Position numbers and translations under genes: made by a program. The notes beneath the pieces are model-generated. The model had not been told where the DNA came from, did no database searches, and worked only from the letters and a program-made list of their open reading frames with translations. From NCBI GenBank assembly GCA_030429145.1, contig JAUIDC010000001.1, positions 750,001 through 782,000 on the forward strand: 32,000 bases of DNA, given 5' to 3'. Shown here in pieces: positions 21,959 to 30,163 of the stretch; position 1 is the stretch's first letter; each line of letters opens with the position of its first letter. This DNA is from Candidatus Saccharimonadota bacterium (GTDB lineage Bacteria; Patescibacteriota; Gracilibacteria; Absconditabacterales; Absconditicoccaceae).

Positions 21959-21986
21959 TTGACATATTTCTACTTATTAGTATCAT
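21959..21986 (+). promoter_or_regulatory. Sigma70-like promoter, TTGACA-N16-TATCAT
   Basis: TTGACA at 21959..21964 and TATCAT at 21981..21986, 28 nt upstream of ATG 22015. Confidence 0.4.
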
Positions 21987-22014
21987 CTGCCTATAAACAA
22001 AAAAGACATCTATT

Positions 22015-22572
22015 ATGCATACAAGAAAAAAAGTACTATTAGTGGCATCTTCAGCCAAGCCAGTGACTCATCCATCCATTTTGTCTGCTGTTTCCTCTAC
22101 TGTTCAATATTTTTTGGAGAAAGAATATGTTGTTATCAGTACAAATGGTCTACACTTTGGTGATATTATCAAGGGTGTAGCCACAGAGTATGCTGATAAG
22201 AACAATATTCCTCTCGATCAACTATATGAAGAATATACTTTGGGAGAGAGTATGAAACATCTACCAATCATGGCGCTCTTTATTGAAGGGGCAGATCAAG
22301 AGAGAGAATATTGGTCTCTATTAAAAGAATTGAGTATTCCCTGTATTGGATGGCCTGGCCTTGGAGGTCTTGGTTTAGAAGTGTTCGATGATACCCTTGC
22401 TATTGTAGATCAAATGGATGATGAAGAGCTCATAATGTGCTATCATACCTTAGGACATCTTATTCAGCCGGAATGGGTGGAGGCTGTCTATCCACCAGAC
22501 TCTGGTAAAAAAATCTATAATTTCGTTCAGTATCATGAACAACTACGTAAGCAGTTACAATCGATTCAGTAA
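22015..22572 (+). CDS. Hypothetical protein, 185 aa, possibly a Rossmann-like fold
   Basis: Intact ORF with a TAA stop and no TGA. It begins KKVLLVASSAKP. The family is not recognised. Confidence 0.55.
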   Translation: MHTRKKVLLVASSAKPVTHPSILSAVSSTVQYFLEKEYVVISTNGLHFGDIIKGVATEYADKNNIPLDQLYEEYTLGESMKHLPIMALFIEGADQEREYWSLLKELSIPCIGWPGLGGLGLEVFDDTLAIVDQMDDEELIMCYHTLGHLIQPEWVEAVYPPDSGKKIYNFVQYHEQLRKQLQSIQ

Positions 22573-22601
22573 AAAAAGAGTGGGATTGTCCCACTCTTTT
22601 T
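22571..22601. terminator. Bidirectional intrinsic terminator
   Basis: A7-agagtggga-ttg-tcccactct-T5, between convergent genes. Confidence 0.8.
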
Positions 22602-22606
22602 GCTAT

Positions 22607-24079
22607 TTACTCGTTCAACAATCTTCCCAAATCTACCTCCTCTATCTCATCCAGTTTGCTTACCCATGCATCGTCATGGCTAACCATAATGACAGCACCT
22701 TTGTAGTTGTTGATGGCTTCTGCGATGACAGGAAGGTGGCGGAAATTGATATGATTTGTTGGTTCATCGAGGATAAGAAGATGTGGTTTTTGGATAGCAA
22801 ATCTTGCGTAACAAAGTAGTCCTTTTTGGCCTTCAGAAAGTGATTCGATAGGTTGTTTGAGGAGATCTCCCGTAAGGAGGAACTGGGCAGCGGTTTTGTA
22901 GACCTCTTGGTCGGTCACTTCATTTGACATCTCGTGTAGTGCATCCCATACGGTCATTTGCATATCAAGTGCATTGAAATCTTGGCTATAGTAGCCAATT
23001 CTCACTTCATCATGAATGGTTGCGTCACCACTATGTGCATTGATCAATCTTTTCAAAAGTGTTGATTTCCCGATCCCATTTGGACCCATAAGCTGGTATC
23101 TCATCCCCTTTTTAAGCTCTAGTTCGAGCTTTTTAGAGACGCGTTCATGCTCTTTGTTCATGAGCTCAACGCTATGGATGGTCACGATAGGCCCAATATA
23201 ATTTTCAAACTCTATCGTAAATGGCGTAATCGTCTTATCATCCCTTCTTACTTCTACCTTGTTCTCCTCTGCTTCAGCTACTTCATCTCTCATCTTACTA
23301 GCAAGTTTACGCATTTTACCTCCTTTCTGAGCAAAGAAGTTGATCTTTTCTTTAGCGTCGACGATTTTCTTTTCCATACGTGCATTGAGGGATTTTGCTT
23401 TCTCCAGCTGATGAGCAATCTCTTCTACTACATTATAGTAGTCCCCTCGGTATTGCTCTACCTGGTGAGACTGGACATTGAGATATAAGACGCCATCGGT
23501 AAACATATTGAGAAAGTCTGCATCATGGCTAATCACCACGACAGTTTTATCATACCCAAGCAGAAATCCGATCAGGTGATTGATACCATCGGTATCGAGG
23601 TTGTTTGTCGGCTCATCGAGCAAAAGAATATCTGGCTTTTGAATCAACGCATAAGCGAGCAGAATGCGAGCCTGCTGTCCTCCTGAGAGTTCTTTGAGCT
23701 CCTTATCGAGAGGCATATTGAAATTGACTGCTTCAAACGCTTCAGCAATCTTTTTGTCGAGCTGATAGTCTTTTTCTGCAAAAGCTGTCGCAAAGTACTC
23801 TCTAATAGTCATATGCATCATATCTCTTGGTATTACCTGCTTAGCGATAGCAATACTTTTCCCCTGACCGATATTGATCTTTCCTGACTGTGGCTTTAAC
23901 TCCCCAGTAATCATTTTAAAAATAGTAGACTTCCCTGCTCCATTTTGTCCCATGATCGTAATCTTCGTGTTTTCACGTAACGAAAAATTAGCCTCAACAA
24001 GAATGGGCTTCTTCCCATCATTATAAGCAAAAGATACTGTATCAAAGCTTAGGATAACTGGATTCTGACTGTTCGACAT
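22607..24079 (-). CDS. ABC-F family ATPase with two ABC domains and no TM domain
   Basis: Two Walker A motifs (GQNGAGKST, GPNGIGKST), two signature motifs (LSGGQQ, LSEGQK) and two Walker B motifs (LLLDEPTN, LILDEPTN). Length 490 aa, TAA stop, no in-frame TGA. Confidence 0.85.
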   Translation of the reverse strand: MSNSQNPVILSFDTVSFAYNDGKKPILVEANFSLRENTKITIMGQNGAGKSTIFKMITGELKPQSGKINIGQGKSIAIAKQVIPRDMMHMTIREYFATAFAEKDYQLDKKIAEAFEAVNFNMPLDKELKELSGGQQARILLAYALIQKPDILLLDEPTNNLDTDGINHLIGFLLGYDKTVVVISHDADFLNMFTDGVLYLNVQSHQVEQYRGDYYNVVEEIAHQLEKAKSLNARMEKKIVDAKEKINFFAQKGGKMRKLASKMRDEVAEAEENKVEVRRDDKTITPFTIEFENYIGPIVTIHSVELMNKEHERVSKKLELELKKGMRYQLMGPNGIGKSTLLKRLINAHSGDATIHDEVRIGYYSQDFNALDMQMTVWDALHEMSNEVTDQEVYKTAAQFLLTGDLLKQPIESLSEGQKGLLCYARFAIQKPHLLILDEPTNHINFRHLPVIAEAINNYKGAVIMVSHDDAWVSKLDEIEEVDLGRLLNE

Positions 24080-24274
24080 AACAAAAAAAGAAAAAATATA
24101 ATAACATCTAACCCGCGAAAGGATAGTTATTTACGTTATTTTTTCAATGAGAAGCTAGGGTTGTTCACCTATGGCTTTTTGATTTACTCCTAGCCCGCCT
24201 TCCCATAAGACCAAGAAGTTAGTGAAAGAGATGGCCGAGATGATTGGAACTGGCTGGGAGGGTGAGAATAATTT

Positions 24275-25366
24275 TTATATGTCAATTTCAAACTCTTCTT
24301 TCCTAACTTCTTGGAGATCTATTTCTGACATTATTTCTTCTTTTAATAGGGCTGATTCTTCGGGATTATAGATGTCTAAGAATCTTATAAGTTTATCTAC
24401 TTCTAAATTTTTATAGTGTGGTCTAACCAGATTAATTAATGTTTCGGGTACCCAATCACTATAGTCTTTTATCCAAATGATTTGGGAATTACTTATTGCA
24501 GCATCGACAATTCTATTTACTTGATCTATAGAAAATTCACCATACTTCTCTAGTTTTATTAATGTCTTCCTTGTTCTTGCGAATGAATAACTTTCTTCTA
24601 AGTCTTGAATGTGCTTTTCTTTGAAATATTCTTCATTTAATGTTATGTCTGGGAACGTCCCAGCAAAAAAATCATTGAGTGCGTTGTAAAAAACAATTTT
24701 TCCTTTTTTAGGTAAGAAAGAGTATGATTCGCTTTCTTTCTCTAAAAAGTTCATGAGCTTTTTTTCATCTAAAGGGCAGGAGAAGTCTCCATCAATTGAA
24801 ACTAAATGTATGTTAGAATCTGTATCATTTTTGGCATATTCAAGTAGTGATTCCCAAATTATGGCATCTCAATATGAATTGTTTTTGCCTGGTGGATTAC
24901 CTAGATCAAATCTTTTTTTTGCTTTTTCTCGCAACTCTTCAGTTAATGGTATTTGTGTTGCTTTAGAGAATATCTTTTTGAGCAATATATCTGCTTTCAA
25001 CTTTTCCTGGGCGGCATCAGTGGAGACTTTTTCTATTAATTGATTTTTTAGGTGAGAGAATTCTCTAAATGTCTCATGTAACATTGCTTTTTCCTCATAA
25101 GAATCTGAAATTCTGGGTAATTTAAGATCTATATGCTGTTCTTTTAGTTTTTTTATAGCATCTTTGATTTTATTTTCTCTGTTTCTATAAAACTCATTAA
25201 TTATTTGTTCTGGTAAGAGAATGGTTAATTGATCAGTGTCAATTAATCAAAGTATATTTTCTAGTTTTTCTAAATCATTATCGCTAAAATGATAAAAACT
25301 TAAGTATACATTAGTGTCAATGCATAAGACTACTTTAGTATTTTTTTCTTCAGTTTTTTTGCTCAT
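24275..25366 (-). CDS. PIN-like domain protein (DUF4935-type) with an uncharacterised C-terminal half
   Basis: Track ORFs 24869..25084 and 24275..24754 share a frame with ATG 25366. The codon count between anchors was checked. There are 2 TGA (ENIL[G]LID, NNSY[G]DAIIW). Motifs are VVLCIDTNVY, GNPPGK..SY[G]DAIIWESLL and IHLVSIDGDF. Length 363 aa. The locus is more AT-rich than its flanks. Confidence 0.55.
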
Positions 25367-25383
25367 TGCCTTGATTCTTTTAT

Positions 25384-25407
25384 AAAAACCCCACATCTTT
25401 GCGGGGT
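25384..25407 (-). terminator. Intrinsic terminator after trxA
   Basis: The minus strand reads accccgcaaagatgtggggt followed by TTTTTA. Confidence 0.55.
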
Positions 25408-25420
25408 CAAATAGTTGTAT

Positions 25421-25822
25421 TTAGGCAGCCATAGGCATATCTGTATCTGTGTTCTCTGACTCAGGCATTTCAACTGTCTTTGATTCAGTCGCGTTTATGT
25501 CTGCGGTATGTTGCTGAATGATTTCTTCTACTCTAACCGGTGGTACTACTCCAGTGAAGTCATCAACTTTTTCTCCATTTTTGAAGAAGATGACTCTTGG
25601 GATGCTGTTTACTTGGTATTGTACAGCTAGCGGATAGTTATCCTGCTCATCTACGTTTACCTTTACGAGTTCTACTTTGTCTGCGTGTTTTTTTGCGAGA
25701 TCCTCGAGTACAGGCTTGAGCATGCGACATGGTCCACACCACTCTGCCCAAAAATCTACCATAACGAGTTTATTTGAAGTAGACGTTAGTTCATTGAATT
25801 TGTCTGCACCTGTGATATCCAT
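25421..25822 (-). CDS. trxA: Thioredoxin with an acidic C-terminal extension of about 25 aa
   Basis: WCGPC active site. The likely start is MDITGADKF at 25822. TAA stop. Confidence 0.85.
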   Translation of the reverse strand: MDITGADKFNELTSTSNKLVMVDFWAEWCGPCRMLKPVLEDLAKKHADKVELVKVNVDEQDNYPLAVQYQVNSIPRVIFFKNGEKVDDFTGVVPPVRVEEIIQQHTADINATESKTVEMPESENTDTDMPMAA

Positions 25823-25853
25823 GGTTATTGTGATTATTGCTAAATTGCTATGA

Positions 25854-26075
25854 TTAGTATGCTTCAGCAACTGCGCCGTAGCAGACATTTTTGACGATGT
25901 TTTTGAGAGCTTGCATGACAGTGTAGCTGAACTCTACGTAGCCTCTGACTGCTACTACTTCGAACTCTTCGAGATCATTTCGTCCTGGCTTCATGCTGAT
26001 AAGAAACTTATGTGAGTTTATTTCTAGTACGACATCATATTTCCCTTCATCTTTCTCTTCAAAGATAGCTTTCAT
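25854..26075 (-). CDS. Hypothetical small protein, 73 aa
   Basis: Start at MKAIFEEKDEG, preceded by aaggaaacaac. TAA stop. It lies 31 nt upstream of trxA. Confidence 0.45.
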   Translation of the reverse strand: MKAIFEEKDEGKYDVVLEINSHKFLISMKPGRNDLEEFEVVAVRGYVEFSYTVMQALKNIVKNVCYGAVAEAY

Positions 26076-26244
26076 GTTGTTTCCTTGAATTGTATGCTTA
26101 GTGAGAGTTTCTTGTCCAAATAACGTTGCTTGATACATTTACCTTCTACCATGGCTTACAGGATAAAACAGATGCATTACTTTTGGTTGATTGTTTTTGT
26201 TATTACATTTTCCTGAAGTAATTACAACAGACAAATCGTTTTAA

Positions 26245-26284
26245 TTTTTTGGGAAAGTTCCCCTTGATTTTTTTGGAAGGTTCG
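26245..26284 (+). promoter_or_regulatory. Tandem direct repeats containing GGAA-NN-TTC half-palindromes
   Basis: TTTTTTGGGAAAGTTCC at 26245..26261 and TTTTTTTGGAAGGTTCG at 26268..26284, 23 nt apart start to start. They sit in the divergent intergenic region 42 nt upstream of the AbiEi-like gene. Confidence 0.4.
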
Positions 26285-26325
26285 TTATTTTTCGTTTAAG
26301 GATTTTTATAGGTTCTCTCTGCAGT

Positions 26326-27099
26326 ATGAGGAAAAGCTATTTCAACATTGTTGTGGAAAAACTATCAAAAAGTGTCGACAAGGTCGTGAGTATTGACTTT
26401 GTTAAAAAAGCACTCAAAAACTGTATGGATGATGCCTATTCGGACACAAAAGCCTATAAGTTACTACACCAATTAAAAAATAAATGATACGTTGTATCAC
26501 TCAGAAAAGATTTGCTTTATGTCACTCTCCCCGACCGTGATGTTGATCTTGCTCAGGTTATGCAGAGACACTATTGGTCGATACTCAGAAACCATTGTCA
26601 GACATATGCAAATAAATGACGAGCGATTGCATGACTGAAGGCGCTTGAACTTCATATGATGAACTACGATGCTCCTGAATTCATCGATATTTTAGACGAC
26701 AAAAAACAAGCGCAGGAGGTCATTGTCGGAGACAAAAAGGTGCGTTATAAGACGATGACGGTAGATGGAAAATCATTTCTAAAAAAAATAAACCCCTACA
26801 TGACGAGGTTATATGTAGGAGGATATAGTTTCAGCGTGACGAATATTATCCTTTCTATATTGGAAACACTCTATAGCCTAGATGGTAGTGATGATACCTA
26901 TCGTTATGAGCTTATAAAGAAAGCGGTGAAGAAGTATCAGAAAAGCATTGATCGAGAGTGTGTTGTTTTTGTGCTGCGCCAAGGAAAGTATCATACGAGC
27001 ATCAATAGACTCCATAAGCTTGTGATGGGGTTGGATGAGAAACTTGCTGAGGAGATAAAGGAGATTATTAAGAAACATAGTTACGATATTGTGGTATAA
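26326..27099 (+). CDS. AbiEi-like antitoxin / wHTH transcriptional regulator; no AbiEii partner is present
   Basis: Track ORF 26656..27099 extends upstream through 3 TGA to ATG 26326 (110 codons counted). The N-terminal pattern KAYKLLHQLKNK[G]YVVSLRKDLLYV and ..[G]RAIA[G]LKALELH resembles the AbiEi wHTH region. The assignment is from memory. Length 257 aa. Confidence 0.45.
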
Positions 27100-27191
27100 A
27101 GAAAAAGTCCCGCCGAAAACAGCGGAACCCCAATAAATCCTATCATCATGAAAAACAGAATGATACTCTTTGTTTTTTGTTTTGCAACCCT

Positions 27192-27620
27192 TTAATAGAA
27201 TTGTAGAGGGATAATTGCTTGAGAAGTGCGAATACGTTGAGGGTGTAATCGCTCTTGTTTCCAAGGGATTTCTCTTGCGTTAATAATCACGCAGTGTATG
27301 TCCCAGAGCTTTTTCCCCTGTTTGTTGATCAAATAGTCTAAGTGGTCTTTTTGTGCATCGGATAAGAATACATACAGTGTGTCCGTAGAACACACAGAGT
27401 CGCAATCTCGTAGTTGGTAGGTCTTGAGTACAAGTGGATTTTCGATGGTTTTCGAAATAATAAACGGGAATATCTTTGTCGAATCCGTAATATCTCCTTG
27501 TAGCTCTACCATCTCTATGGGCTTGCCTCCTCGTCCTGTGGGTTGGCAACTGCTCATAGCAAGCATGCTGCATAGTAGTATCACTATGGCACACAATAGC
27601 ATGATTCGTCTTTTTTGCAT
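27192..27620 (-). CDS. Putative lipoprotein, 142 aa
   Basis: Signal peptide MQKRRIMLLCAIVILLCSMLAMSSC with a lipobox-like MSSC. TAA stop. Confidence 0.55.
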   Translation of the reverse strand: MQKRRIMLLCAIVILLCSMLAMSSCQPTGRGGKPIEMVELQGDITDSTKIFPFIISKTIENPLVLKTYQLRDCDSVCSTDTLYVFLSDAQKDHLDYLINKQGKKLWDIHCVIINAREIPWKQERLHPQRIRTSQAIIPLQFY

Positions 27621-27679
27621 GACTTTTCTTTTTGTTTAGGAAAGGATATATGTTTTAGTGGCAAAAGTCAATCTATAAG

Positions 27680-27711
27680 AAAAGCCCTGACTGATATTCA
27701 GTCAAGGCTTT
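27680..27711 (-). terminator. Intrinsic terminator
   Basis: Stem agccctgactga/tcagtcaaggct with one mismatch. A T-rich tail follows on the minus strand, downstream of 27739..27945. Confidence 0.55.
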
Positions 27712-27738
27712 ATGGTCTACCTGTTACAATAATGCTTT

Positions 27739-27945
27739 TTATGCAGCTATTTGCACACCGTCGTTACAGCTCCATACTATCGTATGTGTCCCTATTTGCT
27801 TTTTAAATGCGGGGACATATTCGCAAGGAGTATAGTCTATGCCTAGTATGCCTTGTTGAGCCATAAATTCATTGAGTGCCGCTTGTTGTTCCTCTTTACT
27901 GGGAATCAGTCTTTTTTCGGATTTGTGTTTTCTTTTGTATTTCAT
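27739..27945 (-). CDS. Hypothetical small protein, 68 aa
   Basis: ATG to TAA ORF with its own terminator. No family recognised. Confidence 0.4.
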   Translation of the reverse strand: MKYKRKHKSEKRLIPSKEEQQAALNEFMAQQGILGIDYTPCEYVPAFKKQIGTHTIVWSCNDGVQIAA

Positions 27946-27967
27946 GTGTAGTTCTTTTACTGAGTTG

Positions 27968-28359
27968 TTAGTGAAAAGTAATAGGATATTGAGTAGTAAT
28001 ACCTACCCAGTGTGGCCTTGCAGGATCTATTGTACCTTGTTTTGTACGAGATTTGAAGGCACATACTATTTCTCGGTTGAGTTGGTAGTTATTCTTTTGT
28101 AGGAGGTTGAGTAGCCTTGCTGCACCGGTTTCATCAAGCTTTATAATGGCTGTGTCTGTCTCCGCCTCTTCTGGCCGGAGGGCGCGAGTTTGAATAAGTG
28201 CATAGGCAATGCCACAGCCAAACTCTTGTTGATCAGAGTGACAGGAGTCTAATCCTATGAACACGCCGTTTATTTTTTCGTTATTAACGGATACGTGTTT
28301 TTGACTGTCGTCATTGCAGCTACTACAAGCAATGTACAAAAGAGTGATAATACTTGTTA
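27968..28359 (-). pseudogene. 3' portion of a lipoprotein gene interrupted by the transposon insertion
   Basis: The frame is open from the transposon junction (..LTSIITLLYIACSSCNDD..) but has no plausible start codon. The missing ATG AGA TAC T lies on the far side of the element at 31931..31940. Confidence 0.75.
28352..28359 (+). repeat. Target-site duplication, left copy (ACTTGTTA)
   Basis: Identical 8-mer directly abutting the outer end of each terminal inverted repeat. The other copy is at 31923..31930. Confidence 0.8.
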
Positions 28360-28386
28360 GATAAATCTCCCTTAAAGAAAGTATAA
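28360..28386 (+). repeat. Left terminal inverted repeat (GATAAATCTCCCTTAAAGAAAGTATAA)
   Basis: Its reverse complement matches 31896..31922 at 25 of 27 positions. The outermost 17 nt are perfect. Confidence 0.8.
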
Positions 28387-28406
28387 ATTGGAAGTATATA
28401 TTGCGA

Positions 28407-28892
28407 CTATATATTAAATTTCTTTAAAACCTTATCAAACTCTTCAGAGTTATCTTGAGTACAAATCTGAGACAAGTAATCTGTAGTTTGCTTTCTGGCA
28501 ATATTATTTTTGATAATGAAATTATGTAGCTCTATATATTTTTGATGAATCAGTTTTCCTACACAAATGCACTGTCCTGTAGATTCTAATGTATGCAATT
28601 CATCGAGTTCCATATGGTCTCGTGGATGATTATTTCATGAAAAATAAATATAATTATCTTGAAACACTACTAGGGCATTATCAATATCACTCGGCGATAT
28701 AAGAAAAAAATTCTTATGATAACCTTTTCATGTGGTTGGCACTAAAAAACTCACATAAATTCTATGAGATATAGATGATTCTTCAAAAATTTTATATACT
28801 ATCTTATACTTATCTTTAAATCTATCTGTTCACGCTTCTTGTGAATTATGATGTCTGAAAATTTCTTTAATTTTTATTTCACGTTTTGGCAT
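28407..28892 (-). CDS. Unknown 161-aa protein; candidate toxin partner of the Panacea-domain gene
   Basis: ATG 28892 lies 2 nt after the TAA of the upstream gene (..GAA TAA AC ATG..). There are 3 in-frame TGA. Track ORF 28407..28613 is its C-terminal third. No family recognised. Confidence 0.55.
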
Positions 28893-28894
28893 GT

Positions 28895-29440
28895 TTATTC
28901 TGCATCAAAATTTAATTCTTCTCTGAAGTGTTCAGTTCAACCCAAAGTTGCTTGAAAAGCCTCCATCGGTTTTGTTCCATAAGCAATCTTAGTTAATCCG
29001 GTTCAACGAAATCCAGATAAATTTGTTAAATATTCATCTATAATTTGAATTTCATCATCTGTTAATTCTGTAGGTTTTATTTCTTCACCTTGTTCCGATA
29101 ACTGATAATAAATGATTTCGTCACCAGTTGAACCAGTAATTATATCATGAGATACTATTCCCTCTTGTTCTAAATTCTCTATATCTTCTATTATTTTTCT
29201 ATCATAAGGTCAATAGTAATATCTTATGTACTTATACTCAGATAGTCTCTGCTTATCATTGTTTTTATAGTACATCAATTCTATTAGGTATAAGAGCTTA
29301 ACAATTTCTGTAATATTACACTTTACTCTATTCTTGAGTATATGCATTATAAGCTCTTTAGACTTATTCATTAAGTAATAAGGAAATGATTTAAATCAGT
29401 AATTTGATACATACTTGGCTGTCGTAATGCAATAGAACAT
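28895..29440 (-). CDS. Panacea / SocA-like (DUF4065) antitoxin-domain protein
   Basis: Absent from the track because of 3-4 TGA. The hand translation gives ..ITEIVKLLYLIELMYYKNNDKQRLSEYKYIRYY[G]PYDRKIIEDIENLEQEGIV.., matching the KL.KLLY...Y.YGP core of the family (from memory). An alternative start is ATG 29371. TAA at 28895..28897. Confidence 0.55.
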
Positions 29441-29516
29441 AGCTCTTTTTATTGAAAAATGTATATAATAGTAAAAACTCTATAGCAAAAAATATTTAAT
29501 TATTTATATTAACTAT

Positions 29517-29664
29517 GCCAAGCTTTTATATTTCCCTTTTTCTTTTTCGAAAGAAATCCCATTTCAATTACAAAGAAAGGCGGTATGTAATCTGCTCTTT
29601 TCTTACCGTAATTGGAGGGATTGAGTATAAAAGCTTGGCGGCTGATTGCATGCCGTCTTTTTTT
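29517..29664 (+). promoter_or_regulatory. Structured leader: a 14-bp long-range inverted repeat plus an intrinsic terminator (attenuator or riboswitch-like)
   Basis: GCCAAGCTTTTATA at 29517..29530 pairs with TATAAAAGCTTGGC at 29626..29639. The terminator ggcggc-tgattgcat-gccgtc plus T7 at 29637..29664 shares 3 nt with the right arm. It lies 22 nt upstream of ATG 29686. Confidence 0.4.
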
Positions 29665-29685
29665 ATACTCTATTCCAAATCAATC

Positions 29686-30156
29686 ATGAATGAACTTATT
29701 ATACCACATCGGTTATTGATTACTGTGTTTCTCATTTTAGTCTTGGCAGTTATTTGAATATTAAATCCTCATAGATTTAAATGACTTCGCATAATGAGAA
29801 GAAATACTCAAGATGAACAAAATGAAAGAGAAAAAAATCTGTCTACATCACAATTAAAATGCATTAATAGATTCTCCTGGTGGGCATTTGTTTTTCCATG
29901 AATCTACCTATTACGAGCAAGATGTTATCAGAGCTTTCTGCCATTATTTATTCTAAGTTATATTCCAATTGTGGGATTATTCGTTAGATTTTACATATCA
30001 TTGAATATAGTGAAACGAGCATATATTAACTCAGAAAGAGACTTAGAATGATTCTTAAAGGTAAAGGGTAAGTTTGTACAAGACTTGATATGACGATTAT
30101 TCTTGGTTGTGTTATTCTTTATTATATCTTCGATAGTTAACAATAACCCATATTAA
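29686..30156 (+). CDS. Small membrane protein (DUF2628-like?)
   Basis: MNELIIPHRLLITVFLILVLAVI[G].. with 5 in-frame TGA. The motif FSWWAFVFP[G]IYLL is present. TAA at 30154..30156. The track start at 29515 would place a T7 terminator inside the CDS, so I prefer the later start. Confidence 0.5.
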
Positions 30157-30163
30157 TCTTTCC

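Noticed and set aside
24215-24262. tRNA-Ser/Leu-like D-arm string AGAGATGGCCGAGATGATTGGAACTGGC
   Set aside because: No anticodon arm, T-arm (GGTTCRANNCC) or acceptor pairing follows. At best it is a tRNA fragment. I could recognise no complete tRNA anywhere in the window.
27280-27594. Track ORF of 104 aa (-) overlapping the lipoprotein gene
   Set aside because: It is an alternative frame of 27192..27620, which has a clear signal peptide and lipobox. The overlapping frame is Arg/His/Thr-rich with no features.
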